From: a virus
DNA length: 64,000 nt
Strand: one strand, 5' to 3'
IMG/VR virus record: IMGVR_UViG_3300025536_000011
The notes beneath the pieces are model-generated. The model worked only from the letters and a program-made list of their open reading frames with translations, made no database searches and had not been told where the DNA came from. Made by a program: the position numbers and the translations under genes. Below are positions 43,051 through 51,083 of this stretch, piece by piece. The stretch's first letter is position 1; the number at the start of each line of letters is the position of its first letter.

Positions 43051-44014
43051 GATAGTGCCCGTGGCACTTGAGCCGCATCCAAATGCCGATTCTCTTTCTA
43101 TTGTGAGAATTTACGGTTATATTATTGTCGCACGCACCGAGGATTGGCTTGGGATTACAAAAGGAATATACATACCGCCAGATTTCCTGGTTAAGACCAG
43201 TCGTCCAGAATTCACATTTTTAGATGATGGAAAAGGCACTGGCACTGTCCGTATTAAAACGAAAAAGCTTCGTGGCATTATAAGCCAAGGATTGCTGATC
43301 CCTGTACCAGAATCATTAAAAGAACTGCCGTTAGGCAGCAATGTCATCACAGAACTTGAAATAGAAAGATATGAGCCTCCTATACCATTAAGCACGGGCG
43401 GCGAGACCATGCCAGCACCGTCAGGCTCGCCACCATGCTATGACATAGAGTCCTATGAGCGATACTGTGGAGGGCTTATTCACGGTGAAGAAATTGTTGC
43501 CACGGAAAAAATTCATGGAGCCAATGCTCGCTTTGTATTTGATGGCGAATTAATGTTCTGTGGTAGCAGAGTAGAATGGAAACGCGAAAGTGACGGAAAT
43601 CTATGGTGGCAATGCTTGCGGCAGAATGCCGCAATAGAAGAATTTTGTCGAGCAAACCCTAACTGCGTAGTTTATGGTGAAGTATTCGGTAAAGTCCAAT
43701 CGTTTACTTACGGAGCTAAGCCAGGAGAAGTTAGATTTGCAGCATTTGATATTTTGGACCTTAAAAATAATAAATGGCTAGATTACGATGCGGCTAAAGC
43801 CGCAGCGAATAAACTTCCTTGGGTTCCAGAGCTATATAGAGGCCCATTAATTGATGCAGAAATCCGCAAATATGCATCTGGCCGCTCCATAGTGGAGCGT
43901 GCCGATAATATCCGTGAAGGATGCGTGATTCGTCCAATTAAAGAACGCTACGACGAGTCCTGTGGACGAGTTGTACTTAAGATAGTTTCTCCAGAATACT
44001 TAGAAAAGAGTTAA
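43031..44014 (+). CDS. RNA ligase, DRB0094-like family
   Basis: HPNADSL..IPPD..LRGIISQGL..TEKIHGAN..YGEVFG..REG.V..LKIVSPEYL. Confidence 0.88.
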   Translation: MSTHLIEIVPVALEPHPNADSLSIVRIYGYIIVARTEDWLGITKGIYIPPDFLVKTSRPEFTFLDDGKGTGTVRIKTKKLRGIISQGLLIPVPESLKELPLGSNVITELEIERYEPPIPLSTGGETMPAPSGSPPCYDIESYERYCGGLIHGEEIVATEKIHGANARFVFDGELMFCGSRVEWKRESDGNLWWQCLRQNAAIEEFCRANPNCVVYGEVFGKVQSFTYGAKPGEVRFAAFDILDLKNNKWLDYDAAKAAANKLPWVPELYRGPLIDAEIRKYASGRSIVERADNIREGCVIRPIKERYDESCGRVVLKIVSPEYLEKS

Positions 44015-44030
44015 CGGCTGCCATTCGTGC

Positions 44031-44065
44031 CAATGCCGGACAAATTCCATACTTGTCCGGCATTT
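44031..44065 (+). terminator. probable terminator hairpin
   Basis: AATGCCGGACAA/TTGTCCGGCATT inverted repeat; boundaries approximate. Confidence 0.5.
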
Positions 44066-44121
44066 AGTGTATGTTCCTAATAGTGTTGTTTACATTTTAA
44101 CCTATTAAAAGGAGAATTGGC

Positions 44122-45174
44122 ATGAAATTATTACGAAATATCTTACTCGGAATATCGTTAATATTAGCTTCGCCAGCAAATGCTGGCGAAAGTGTCTGGG
44201 TCACGACCGACTTTGACTTCTTGGGTCATGAGCCACAGGTACTTACATTTGATGCCTCTTGGCATAGAAGCCTTCTTGCAGATTTTACAGGCGGTTATCG
44301 TCGAGACCAAGTTATATATAATCATATAAATGATACCGTTATTACTCTCGGCGGAAGTTACGCCGTTAGGCGTGACATGAATTATTTTAGCCGAACAGGC
44401 GAACGACTATCCTATACTTTTGATTTAACTGGCGTTCCAGCATGGATTCACGATGCCATGATAGTTAAAAATAAGTTCGTAGTAGGATGGGCCGGATCAG
44501 GCTCCGAAAATGAAGTTGTTTTTAGCTCAGCTTTAAACAATCCAGAAGATAGATTAAAAACGCTAGACTTAAATTCCATTTTGCCAGATGGGGGTTTTAT
44601 CGTTTCTATGTTTTGTGTCCGTAACTGCGTTTTCCTATTCGATTATGCCGGAGGCGTAATCATGATTAATTTCGACGCTGACTCCCCATCAGAGCGTGGA
44701 CCATTTTATTTTAATAAGCCAGAATTCGCTGGCATACAATGGGCATCGTGCGATGGACAAATTCTATGGATCGTTAAGGATTTAACGCTAGAAACATGGA
44801 ATATGTCAACAATGTTTCCAGACACATGGACCTTGAGCAAAGACCTATCAGATCAAGTGCCGTCCGCCGCATTTTATGTATATTCTACTTTAGATGGCCA
44901 CACTATCGTATATTCCTTTGATAGAATAGATGGGTTTGTGGATGAAAACCACACAGGATTTATTAATTTAAATGGTGCAGATGTACATAGAAGTAAACCT
45001 ATCGTCATTAATCATCATAATATCTTAATTGCCAGAAAATATGGTGAAAACAATAGATTAGAAGTTTATGAATGGCCCTCCTCAATTGGTGGAGATATTC
45101 CTGTTGATGTGATTAATATTGAAAATCCTATCGTCGGCTTATTTACAGACTTTAATCCACGGAGACCACACTAA
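44122..45174 (+). CDS. predicted exported beta-rich protein
   Basis: signal peptide ending PANA-G; similarity to 9556-10530. Confidence 0.7.
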   Translation: MKLLRNILLGISLILASPANAGESVWVTTDFDFLGHEPQVLTFDASWHRSLLADFTGGYRRDQVIYNHINDTVITLGGSYAVRRDMNYFSRTGERLSYTFDLTGVPAWIHDAMIVKNKFVVGWAGSGSENEVVFSSALNNPEDRLKTLDLNSILPDGGFIVSMFCVRNCVFLFDYAGGVIMINFDADSPSERGPFYFNKPEFAGIQWASCDGQILWIVKDLTLETWNMSTMFPDTWTLSKDLSDQVPSAAFYVYSTLDGHTIVYSFDRIDGFVDENHTGFINLNGADVHRSKPIVINHHNILIARKYGENNRLEVYEWPSSIGGDIPVDVINIENPIVGLFTDFNPRRPH

Positions 45175-46124
45175 TGTTTAAAATACTATTACTGGCGTTA
45201 ATCTTAACAGATCCTTTTCAGGGCATAGTTGGTACAGAAACAGAACTTAGTCAGGTTCATCAAGAATCTTTATGTATATTAGATGATGCAGACAACTGGA
45301 CTGTTGGTGCGTTTGAGCCAACTAGTGCAGGGTTTACCGTTCTTCAACAAATTATAGGATTCCAAACAACATATCTGAAATTAGATCGTAACGGGGTGCC
45401 TATTAAAACAGCACAATTTGAAATTCATGGACAGATAAAAGATTTAAAAAGGGTAAGTACAGAACATGTAGCTGGATATTCTACCTCTTTTCAATTAATA
45501 GATGGACAAACCGTAAGAAAATCTTGGATATGGGGATTTAATTTAAATAGAGCCCGCAATTTAAGAGAAGATTATTTAGAGGGAGTAACCATTCATGCTA
45601 TGGCGACTGTCGGTGATAGAGCCTACTTTTTTGCCCATAATGGCAATGTATACGAGGCTAATGTCGAGACCCGTGAGGTATTTCTATTTCTTAGAGTGGT
45701 ACCACCAGGGGTAGTAGATGTATCTTACGATAGCCAGCGTTTATGGATTGTTGGTAACGGAGTATCTTTTAGTTTGTTAACAATGGAATATGACAGTATG
45801 TATGATTCTATAGATCATTGGCATATAGATAATAAATCTGAATTATTTGAGCCTGGCACCGGGTTCGTAGCCTGTGACTCCTATTTTAATAGAACCGTTT
45901 TGTTAGGTCATAATAAAATATTATCTTTATTAGACGGTAACATTATTGCAGAACGACCTATCAGACCAGTAGGTTATGGCGGGATTTCACTTGACAGGCT
46001 AGGCAGCGTATGGTACCATATAGGTAATGAACGAGCGTTGCATCGAGACAGTTATGATCTAACCTCTCGGTGGAGTATAGAAACGACACATAAAATTAAC
46101 TTTGTAGAAATGGTAAAATTTTAA
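45174..46124 (+). CDS. predicted exported beta-rich protein
   Basis: hydrophobic N-terminus; DVSYDSQRLWIV motif shared with paralogs. Confidence 0.65.
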   Translation: MFKILLLALILTDPFQGIVGTETELSQVHQESLCILDDADNWTVGAFEPTSAGFTVLQQIIGFQTTYLKLDRNGVPIKTAQFEIHGQIKDLKRVSTEHVAGYSTSFQLIDGQTVRKSWIWGFNLNRARNLREDYLEGVTIHAMATVGDRAYFFAHNGNVYEANVETREVFLFLRVVPPGVVDVSYDSQRLWIVGNGVSFSLLTMEYDSMYDSIDHWHIDNKSELFEPGTGFVACDSYFNRTVLLGHNKILSLLDGNIIAERPIRPVGYGGISLDRLGSVWYHIGNERALHRDSYDLTSRWSIETTHKINFVEMVKF

Positions 46125-46687
46125 TGAACTCGTCACAACTTAGTCAATTTATTGCATTCGCAGCAACGAAGCATCGTCACCAGAAGCGTAAGGGTAATGG
46201 CCTTCCGTTTATCGTGCATCCGCTATCTGTGATGAAACGTATTGTTGATGCTGGTATAACCGAGGTATCCATACTGGCTACAGCAGTAGGCCACGATCTT
46301 ATAGAGGATACTGGTACGACAGTATCACAAATTAAAGGCTTTCTTGAGGAAGCACATATTCATCCTAAAGAGGCAGACTGGATCGCAAGTCGCATTTATG
46401 AACTAAGTAATATTAAAGAGCGTAAGCTGAAAGATACGGCCGACTACTTCGGCCGTATGAGTCAAGAATCTCTACTTGTAAAAGTATTTGATGCAATCGA
46501 CAATCTAACAGATACTTTAGGTGCTAATGCGGCAAACCAGATACACTATAATAAATATGGTGAATACTACGATTTAATTATATTCAACCTTAAAGACTCT
46601 AAATATCAGTCAACTATAGAAGAAAACACAAGAATACTATCTAATTTAATTGGCAATATTTATGCGAGCGGAGCAAGCAATGGTTAG
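46124..46687 (+). CDS. RelA/SpoT-type HD hydrolase (Mesh1/SAH-like)
   Basis: AATKHRHQKRK..PFIVHPLSV..GHDLIEDT..VKVFDAIDNL. Confidence 0.85.
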   Translation: MNSSQLSQFIAFAATKHRHQKRKGNGLPFIVHPLSVMKRIVDAGITEVSILATAVGHDLIEDTGTTVSQIKGFLEEAHIHPKEADWIASRIYELSNIKERKLKDTADYFGRMSQESLLVKVFDAIDNLTDTLGANAANQIHYNKYGEYYDLIIFNLKDSKYQSTIEENTRILSNLIGNIYASGASNG

Positions 46688-46786
46688 CTATCGTTTCTCA
46701 AAATTCGGCACAATGACTGTACGTAAAACAGGCACCTGGATCAATAAACTTTTAAAACTTGGCTCTGTCGGTGAGCGTCAGCGAAC

Positions 46787-47140
46787 ATGAAGCCCTATAT
46801 CCACGCCAAATCATCAGCACGCCGTTATGGTGGTAAGCCCGAGGATTATCTTGCAATACATGATTTTATGGACTCGACTAAGGCAAGTATGCCTGATGTT
46901 AGACATAGAGCTATCCTACATACAGCCTTCGGCTGCTTTTTAGTCGAGAAAGTGTTTGGCACAGTCGCTATTAATAGCGACAACAAGGAATATAGCCCGC
47001 GAGATATCGCGGAGGATCACTGTATTGAAGATATGGGCACTATTCCCACTATGGAACGCTTTTTAAGCCTCATGCCTATTGAGGCATGGATGGGGCGACC
47101 CAATACAAAAAAGACATTTATACCACTCGAACAAGACTAA
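46787..47140 (+). CDS. DUF6915-like phage protein
   Basis: HAKSSARRYGG.PEDYLAIHDFMDSTK..HRAILH..IAEDH..ED.G. Confidence 0.7.
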   Translation: MKPYIHAKSSARRYGGKPEDYLAIHDFMDSTKASMPDVRHRAILHTAFGCFLVEKVFGTVAINSDNKEYSPRDIAEDHCIEDMGTIPTMERFLSLMPIEAWMGRPNTKKTFIPLEQD

Positions 47141-47156
47141 ACGAAAGGACTGAGTA

Positions 47157-47618
47157 ATGAGCGATAACGCACTAGACCGTCTAACAAGTCTTACTGATGA
47201 ATTGTCAAGTTTACGAGCTAAGGCTGCGACAGAAGGCAAGACTCTACTTAAAGACGCTGCCAAAACAATATTTAGTAATCACCCAAGTCTCCAATATATT
47301 ACTTGGAATCAGGGTGTTCCATCGTGGCGAGACGGCGACCCATGCACCTTTGAAATTCATGATATTTGGGGGCGTGTTGGTGATTGGCCAAAAAATAAAG
47401 ACGGTGACGAAATCTGGCCGAGCGAGCTAGGCGGATATAATGGCGAAGAATTTCATAATGTTGACGGATGTAAGGATCTCGCTCTGATAGATGCATTTGA
47501 AGCTTTCTGTAAGGCTGTCGTGAATCTCGGCGATCTATTAGCTGAGATTCTTGAACAGGATTGCACGGTCTTTATTACTAAAGGTGGTATCGAAACTGAA
47601 TATTACGAGATGAATTGA
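47157..47618 (+). CDS. hypothetical phage protein
   Basis: ITW.QG.PSW.DGDPC.F. Confidence 0.7.
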   Translation: MSDNALDRLTSLTDELSSLRAKAATEGKTLLKDAAKTIFSNHPSLQYITWNQGVPSWRDGDPCTFEIHDIWGRVGDWPKNKDGDEIWPSELGGYNGEEFHNVDGCKDLALIDAFEAFCKAVVNLGDLLAEILEQDCTVFITKGGIETEYYEMN

Positions 47619-47643
47619 TCGCTGGATTGGCCAGCGATAATTA

Positions 47644-48054
47644 ATGATTGATGTTTTACGGAGAAAACAAACAATGCGTAATTGGCTTACAACCGGGATT
47701 GTACTAGCTTCGCTGGCAATTGGTGGCGTTTTTGCGGTCGGTCGTCTTTCGCCGGCTTTTGCGGGCGAAAACGATCACAGTCGAGACGGCGAGATTATGT
47801 TCGTAGATGTTGATACAAATGAGCGAATTCCAAGCTGCCGTCTGCACGGGGCCCAAATTTATCGGCTTGTAAAATCAGATCATATTCAGGTCTTTACGCC
47901 CGATGGCGAGAAACTTTGTAAGTACCGTGTTGAGGATGTAACTTTTACTGCCACGCAGTATTCGAGGCCGGTCGGCGGCTCTTTATTCTGTTGGGGGCCT
48001 CCTGTTAGAGCTACACATGTTCGGATGGTTGTGAGCGTTAAGACAGTCGATTGA
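47644..48054 (+). CDS. exported or membrane-anchored protein
   Basis: N-terminal hydrophobic segment; start probably 47674. Confidence 0.6.
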   Translation: MIDVLRRKQTMRNWLTTGIVLASLAIGGVFAVGRLSPAFAGENDHSRDGEIMFVDVDTNERIPSCRLHGAQIYRLVKSDHIQVFTPDGEKLCKYRVEDVTFTATQYSRPVGGSLFCWGPPVRATHVRMVVSVKTVD

Positions 48055-48118
48055 GCGGCATAGCCGTTCATGTTGGTTAAGCGGTCAGGGTGGCCACCCG
48101 GCCGCTTTAATTTTTAGC

Positions 48119-48147
48119 TTGACACGACCGCTAGGCTGTGGTAAAGT
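48119..48147 (+). promoter_or_regulatory. promoter of the RNA/tRNA cluster
   Basis: TTGACA-17-TAAAGT with TG extension. Confidence 0.7.
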
Positions 48148-48151
48148 ATAG

Positions 48152-48350
48152 GTGAAGTGACTGGCGTGGCCGGACAGCGGCCAATAGTATCTTGCCGAGA
48201 GCCGCTTGGGGTTCGTGGGCATTAAAAGTAAAGCTACCAAGATATGTCGGTGACATCTGGATTTAGTTTAACGGAAGAACGCCGCCCATGAGGTTGGAAA
48301 TGTGGGTTCGAATCCCGCAACGCCAGATTAGACCGATACAGTCACTTCAC
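48152..48350 (+). ncRNA. candidate 199-nt structured RNA with an embedded tRNA-like domain
   Basis: 12-bp closing helix; D arm and canonical T arm at 48257-48326; degenerate anticodon arm, no CCA. Confidence 0.6.
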
Positions 48351-48360
48351 AATTTTAAAT

Positions 48361-48436
48361 GGCCCATTCGTCTAGTGATCTAGGATTCCGCCCTTTCAAG
48401 GCGGCGACCGGGATTTGAATTCCCGATGGGCTACCA
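48361..48436 (+). tRNA. tRNA-Glu(UUC)
   Basis: CCGCC-CTTTCAA-GGCGG; encoded CCA. Confidence 0.9.
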
Positions 48437-48469
48437 TTTTGCAAACTGAATATAGGAATTAGAACATGA

Positions 48470-48545
48470 GCGGGTTTAATGTTTAATGGTAGCATTTCTG
48501 GCTTCCAACCAGACCGTAGGAGTTCGAATCTCCTAACCCGTTCCA
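48470..48545 (+). tRNA. tRNA-Gly(UCC)
   Basis: TCTGG-CTTCCAA-CCAGA; U73; encoded CCA. Confidence 0.92.
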
Positions 48546-48642
48546 TTTTTTACTATCGTAACCTTCGCAACAATGGCCAATCAAGGCTCTCGTCATTTAA
48601 ATGGGCAATTAAAGCCTGTATACATATAGGAGCAAAGCGACT

Positions 48643-49227
48643 ATGAAATTTAAGCTTCGCTGGCTTTGGGCCGCTCATTATCAACAAGAAGTCCCCCAAT
48701 GGACTCGTGATTTTTGTAATTGGGGACCGCGTAAGTGGCTTCGATTTCGGCGTTGGGATATCCAGCGATTCTTTTGGGATTATTTTTATTTGCTGCTCTT
48801 TAAGGGCTACAAAAGCAAAGACATGTGGGGCGTGGATCATGCCATGTTTGCCTGGGTTTTACCTCGATTAAAGGCATTTAAAGCCTTGAATCGAGAGAAA
48901 TATCCCGGCTGGTGTGAGAATGAAGATAACTATGCTCATAGATGGGAACGCAAAGGCGAGTGTACTCTTGAAGCCACGGGTAAATGCACCATTTGTAAAT
49001 TTGATGAACAGCGTGCTGTTCAGAAATGGGAGGGTATTCTTGACGATATGATATTCGCCATTCAAAGTTATGTTGATGGTCATTGGGATGGCCCCGCATT
49101 TGGTGGATATTCTATCGGATTCTGGTATCCTGAAAAGAGTAAATGGATTAGTGGTACTCCCGAACATAAGAGAGCCGAACGCGGCTACGAGTTATTTTGT
49201 AGACATATTTTTTCACTGTGGGATTAG
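48643..49227 (+). CDS. hypothetical phage protein
   Basis: D.W..DH.....LPRLKAFK..W..ILD.MIFA. Confidence 0.7.
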   Translation: MKFKLRWLWAAHYQQEVPQWTRDFCNWGPRKWLRFRRWDIQRFFWDYFYLLLFKGYKSKDMWGVDHAMFAWVLPRLKAFKALNREKYPGWCENEDNYAHRWERKGECTLEATGKCTICKFDEQRAVQKWEGILDDMIFAIQSYVDGHWDGPAFGGYSIGFWYPEKSKWISGTPEHKRAERGYELFCRHIFSLWD

Positions 49228-49243
49228 CCCGGAGGGCTAAAAA

Positions 49244-49486
49244 ATGCTAATTGAAAATGAGCAACAAAAAAAAGCGATAGGTGATGCGGCTATTGCCCTT
49301 TTAAATTCTATGACAATAACAGGCGTTCCTTCGGCTCACTTAACATTTAAATGCAACGACGGAACCAAGTTAATGATTTTAATTGCACACGACGAAGAGG
49401 CTGATTATATTAAGGATCTTTTGGCAGACGCAGACGATATCAAACTGAGTTATAAAGTTGGAGAAGATAATAATGGGTCTAACTAA
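49244..49486 (+). CDS. hypothetical protein
   Basis: GGA-triloop RBS hairpin upstream. Confidence 0.6.
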   Translation: MLIENEQQKKAIGDAAIALLNSMTITGVPSAHLTFKCNDGTKLMILIAHDEEADYIKDLLADADDIKLSYKVGEDNNGSN

Positions 49487-49643
49487 CGAAGAAGTAAAAG
49501 ACGAAATCGAGAATGACGAAATCGGTTATGTCGTACTTAACCTATTAAATCCAAGGGACATTAACGATCCGAGGCTAGCCGAATTAGTGGCTAAGGCTGC
49601 TAAAGCCTTAAATGATATCGAATCTTATTTAGGTATCGAATAA
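49473..49643 (+). CDS. hypothetical protein
   Basis: ATG 49473, GGAG upstream. Confidence 0.55.
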   Translation: MGLTNEEVKDEIENDEIGYVVLNLLNPRDINDPRLAELVAKAAKALNDIESYLGIE

Positions 49644-49659
49644 TCGGAGGTTATGGGAA

Positions 49660-50007
49660 ATGAGAATACTAGACAGAAATAGAAACATCAGATTCCGTCT
49701 AAGCAAATTTGATAACGCATATCCAGACAATCCATTAGCTATTGCCACTATAGATGAAATGATTCATGGATTAACAGAAATTAAAGCTAAGCTTGATTCA
49801 GATTCTATAGCAACATTTGTCTCATCAGAGGATGAGCTAGATCCAGTTTGCTATGAAATACAATTCCGCTCTTATAGAGAAGAAACGCCAGACGAAGAGT
49901 CTCATAGAATTAAAGGAGAAGCATTGTGCAAAGAGCGTGAGCTAGAACGACTAAAGAGACAGGCAGAACAGCTTGGCTATCAATTGAATCCGAAGGAGCA
50001 ATCTTGA
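49660..50007 (+). CDS. hypothetical protein
   Basis: ORF in run. Confidence 0.6.
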   Translation: MRILDRNRNIRFRLSKFDNAYPDNPLAIATIDEMIHGLTEIKAKLDSDSIATFVSSEDELDPVCYEIQFRSYREETPDEESHRIKGEALCKERELERLKRQAEQLGYQLNPKEQS

Positions 50008-50372
50008 ACATCCCAAAGGGATTCATTAAAATAGGCTCTTTCGGAGTAGACGCCGGGCTTTGCTGGATTGGAGATCCGTGCTACATTCTGCATAAAGATC
50101 AGCCCCCAAAAGACATTGGAAAAGATTGGAGCGATTTTTGTGATATTCTAGGCGATAAACATGAAGTATCTGGAGATTATCAAACTGCTGAATTTAACTA
50201 CGATAAGGGACATTCTGGTTTGGGACTTTGTATTCAAAGCGGATCTGGTGATGGCTGTTATGATGTTTATATTAAAAAGGGATCGGACGGATATATCCAA
50301 CAGGCCCTAATAGATTTCGTCGGGTATCCCGACGAAAATGAAGAATGCGACGACTCGATAGAGGAGGAGTAA
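50004..50372 (+). CDS. hypothetical phage protein
   Basis: IGSFGVDAGLCWIGDPCY..SG.GDGCY.V. Confidence 0.7.
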   Translation: MNIPKGFIKIGSFGVDAGLCWIGDPCYILHKDQPPKDIGKDWSDFCDILGDKHEVSGDYQTAEFNYDKGHSGLGLCIQSGSGDGCYDVYIKKGSDGYIQQALIDFVGYPDENEECDDSIEEE

Positions 50373-50710
50373 TGCTAATTAAATTTAAACTAGCTCTTAA
50401 TAACATGAATGATACCTGGATCGTAAAATTATGTAAATTTATGATAGATGGAGAACACATTACAATAGATGCCAAGTATATTGTTGCAATAGGTTTACCT
50501 GATACTCCCCGGCACCTTGAGGGTCTCTTATGTATTTGGACAAAGTTACGAGATGAGAAAGGAATCGGAATTCCACTATGTTTAATCAGTAAGGCTGAAA
50601 ATATTGAGGCTCTAGAACAATGGCAAGCGTTTTTAGATACTAACAAAACCAGCAAAGTATTCCCTGAAATCAAGAAGCCTAATCGTCCGCGAGGATTATA
50701 TGGAAATTAA
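50372..50710 (+). CDS. hypothetical protein
   Basis: GGAGG upstream of ATG 50372. Confidence 0.55.
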   Translation: MLIKFKLALNNMNDTWIVKLCKFMIDGEHITIDAKYIVAIGLPDTPRHLEGLLCIWTKLRDEKGIGIPLCLISKAENIEALEQWQAFLDTNKTSKVFPEIKKPNRPRGLYGN

Positions 50711-50945
50711 AGCAGAGTGCTCAGCTTGTGGGGCTACAGGACTTTATAAAGGATTTGCAGAACCGGAAGGAACGGCGGTAGTTTGTCATAATTGTAATGG
50801 CACCGGATGTCAGACTATGAAATATACGCCATTTACAGGCCGTAAACGAAAACGCGGAATTAAGCGTGTCATAGGTGATGGCGGGCTTTGGTTTGCCCGC
50901 AAGGGCAACGAGCAAACTATCTCGATAGAAGATTTTTACGCTTGA
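50700..50945 (+). CDS. DnaJ-type zinc-finger small protein
   Basis: CSACGATG and CHNCNGTG. Confidence 0.75.
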   Translation: MEIKAECSACGATGLYKGFAEPEGTAVVCHNCNGTGCQTMKYTPFTGRKRKRGIKRVIGDGGLWFARKGNEQTISIEDFYA

Positions 50946-50969
50946 CACTGCCGCTGGACGTGATATCAT
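50942..50969 (+). promoter_or_regulatory. promoter upstream of tRNA-Arg
   Basis: TTGACA-16-TATCAT; -35 contains the upstream stop. Confidence 0.7.
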
Positions 50970-50986
50970 ACTAGCGTAATCAACGT

Positions 50987-51061
50987 GCGGGCATGGTATA
51001 ATGGATAGCACGCGGAGCTTCTAACTCCGAGATTCCCGTCCGATTCGGGGTGCCCGTACCA
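50987..51061 (+). tRNA. tRNA-Arg(UCU)
   Basis: CGGAG-CTTCTAA-CTCCG; T loop TCCGATT; encoded CCA. Confidence 0.9.
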
Positions 51062-51083
51062 TCTTATATATTGAAAGGTTCTT

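Noticed and set aside
44012-44066. Twister ribozyme suggested by TAAC..TGCC..AATGCCGG
   Set aside because: The conserved loop and pseudoknot partners are absent; a simple inverted repeat after a stop codon fits a terminator.
48152-48350. YrlA-type Y RNA
   Set aside because: Arms are in normal tRNA order rather than permuted, the terminal helix has no bulge, and no Ro60 gene is in the window; kept only as an analogy.
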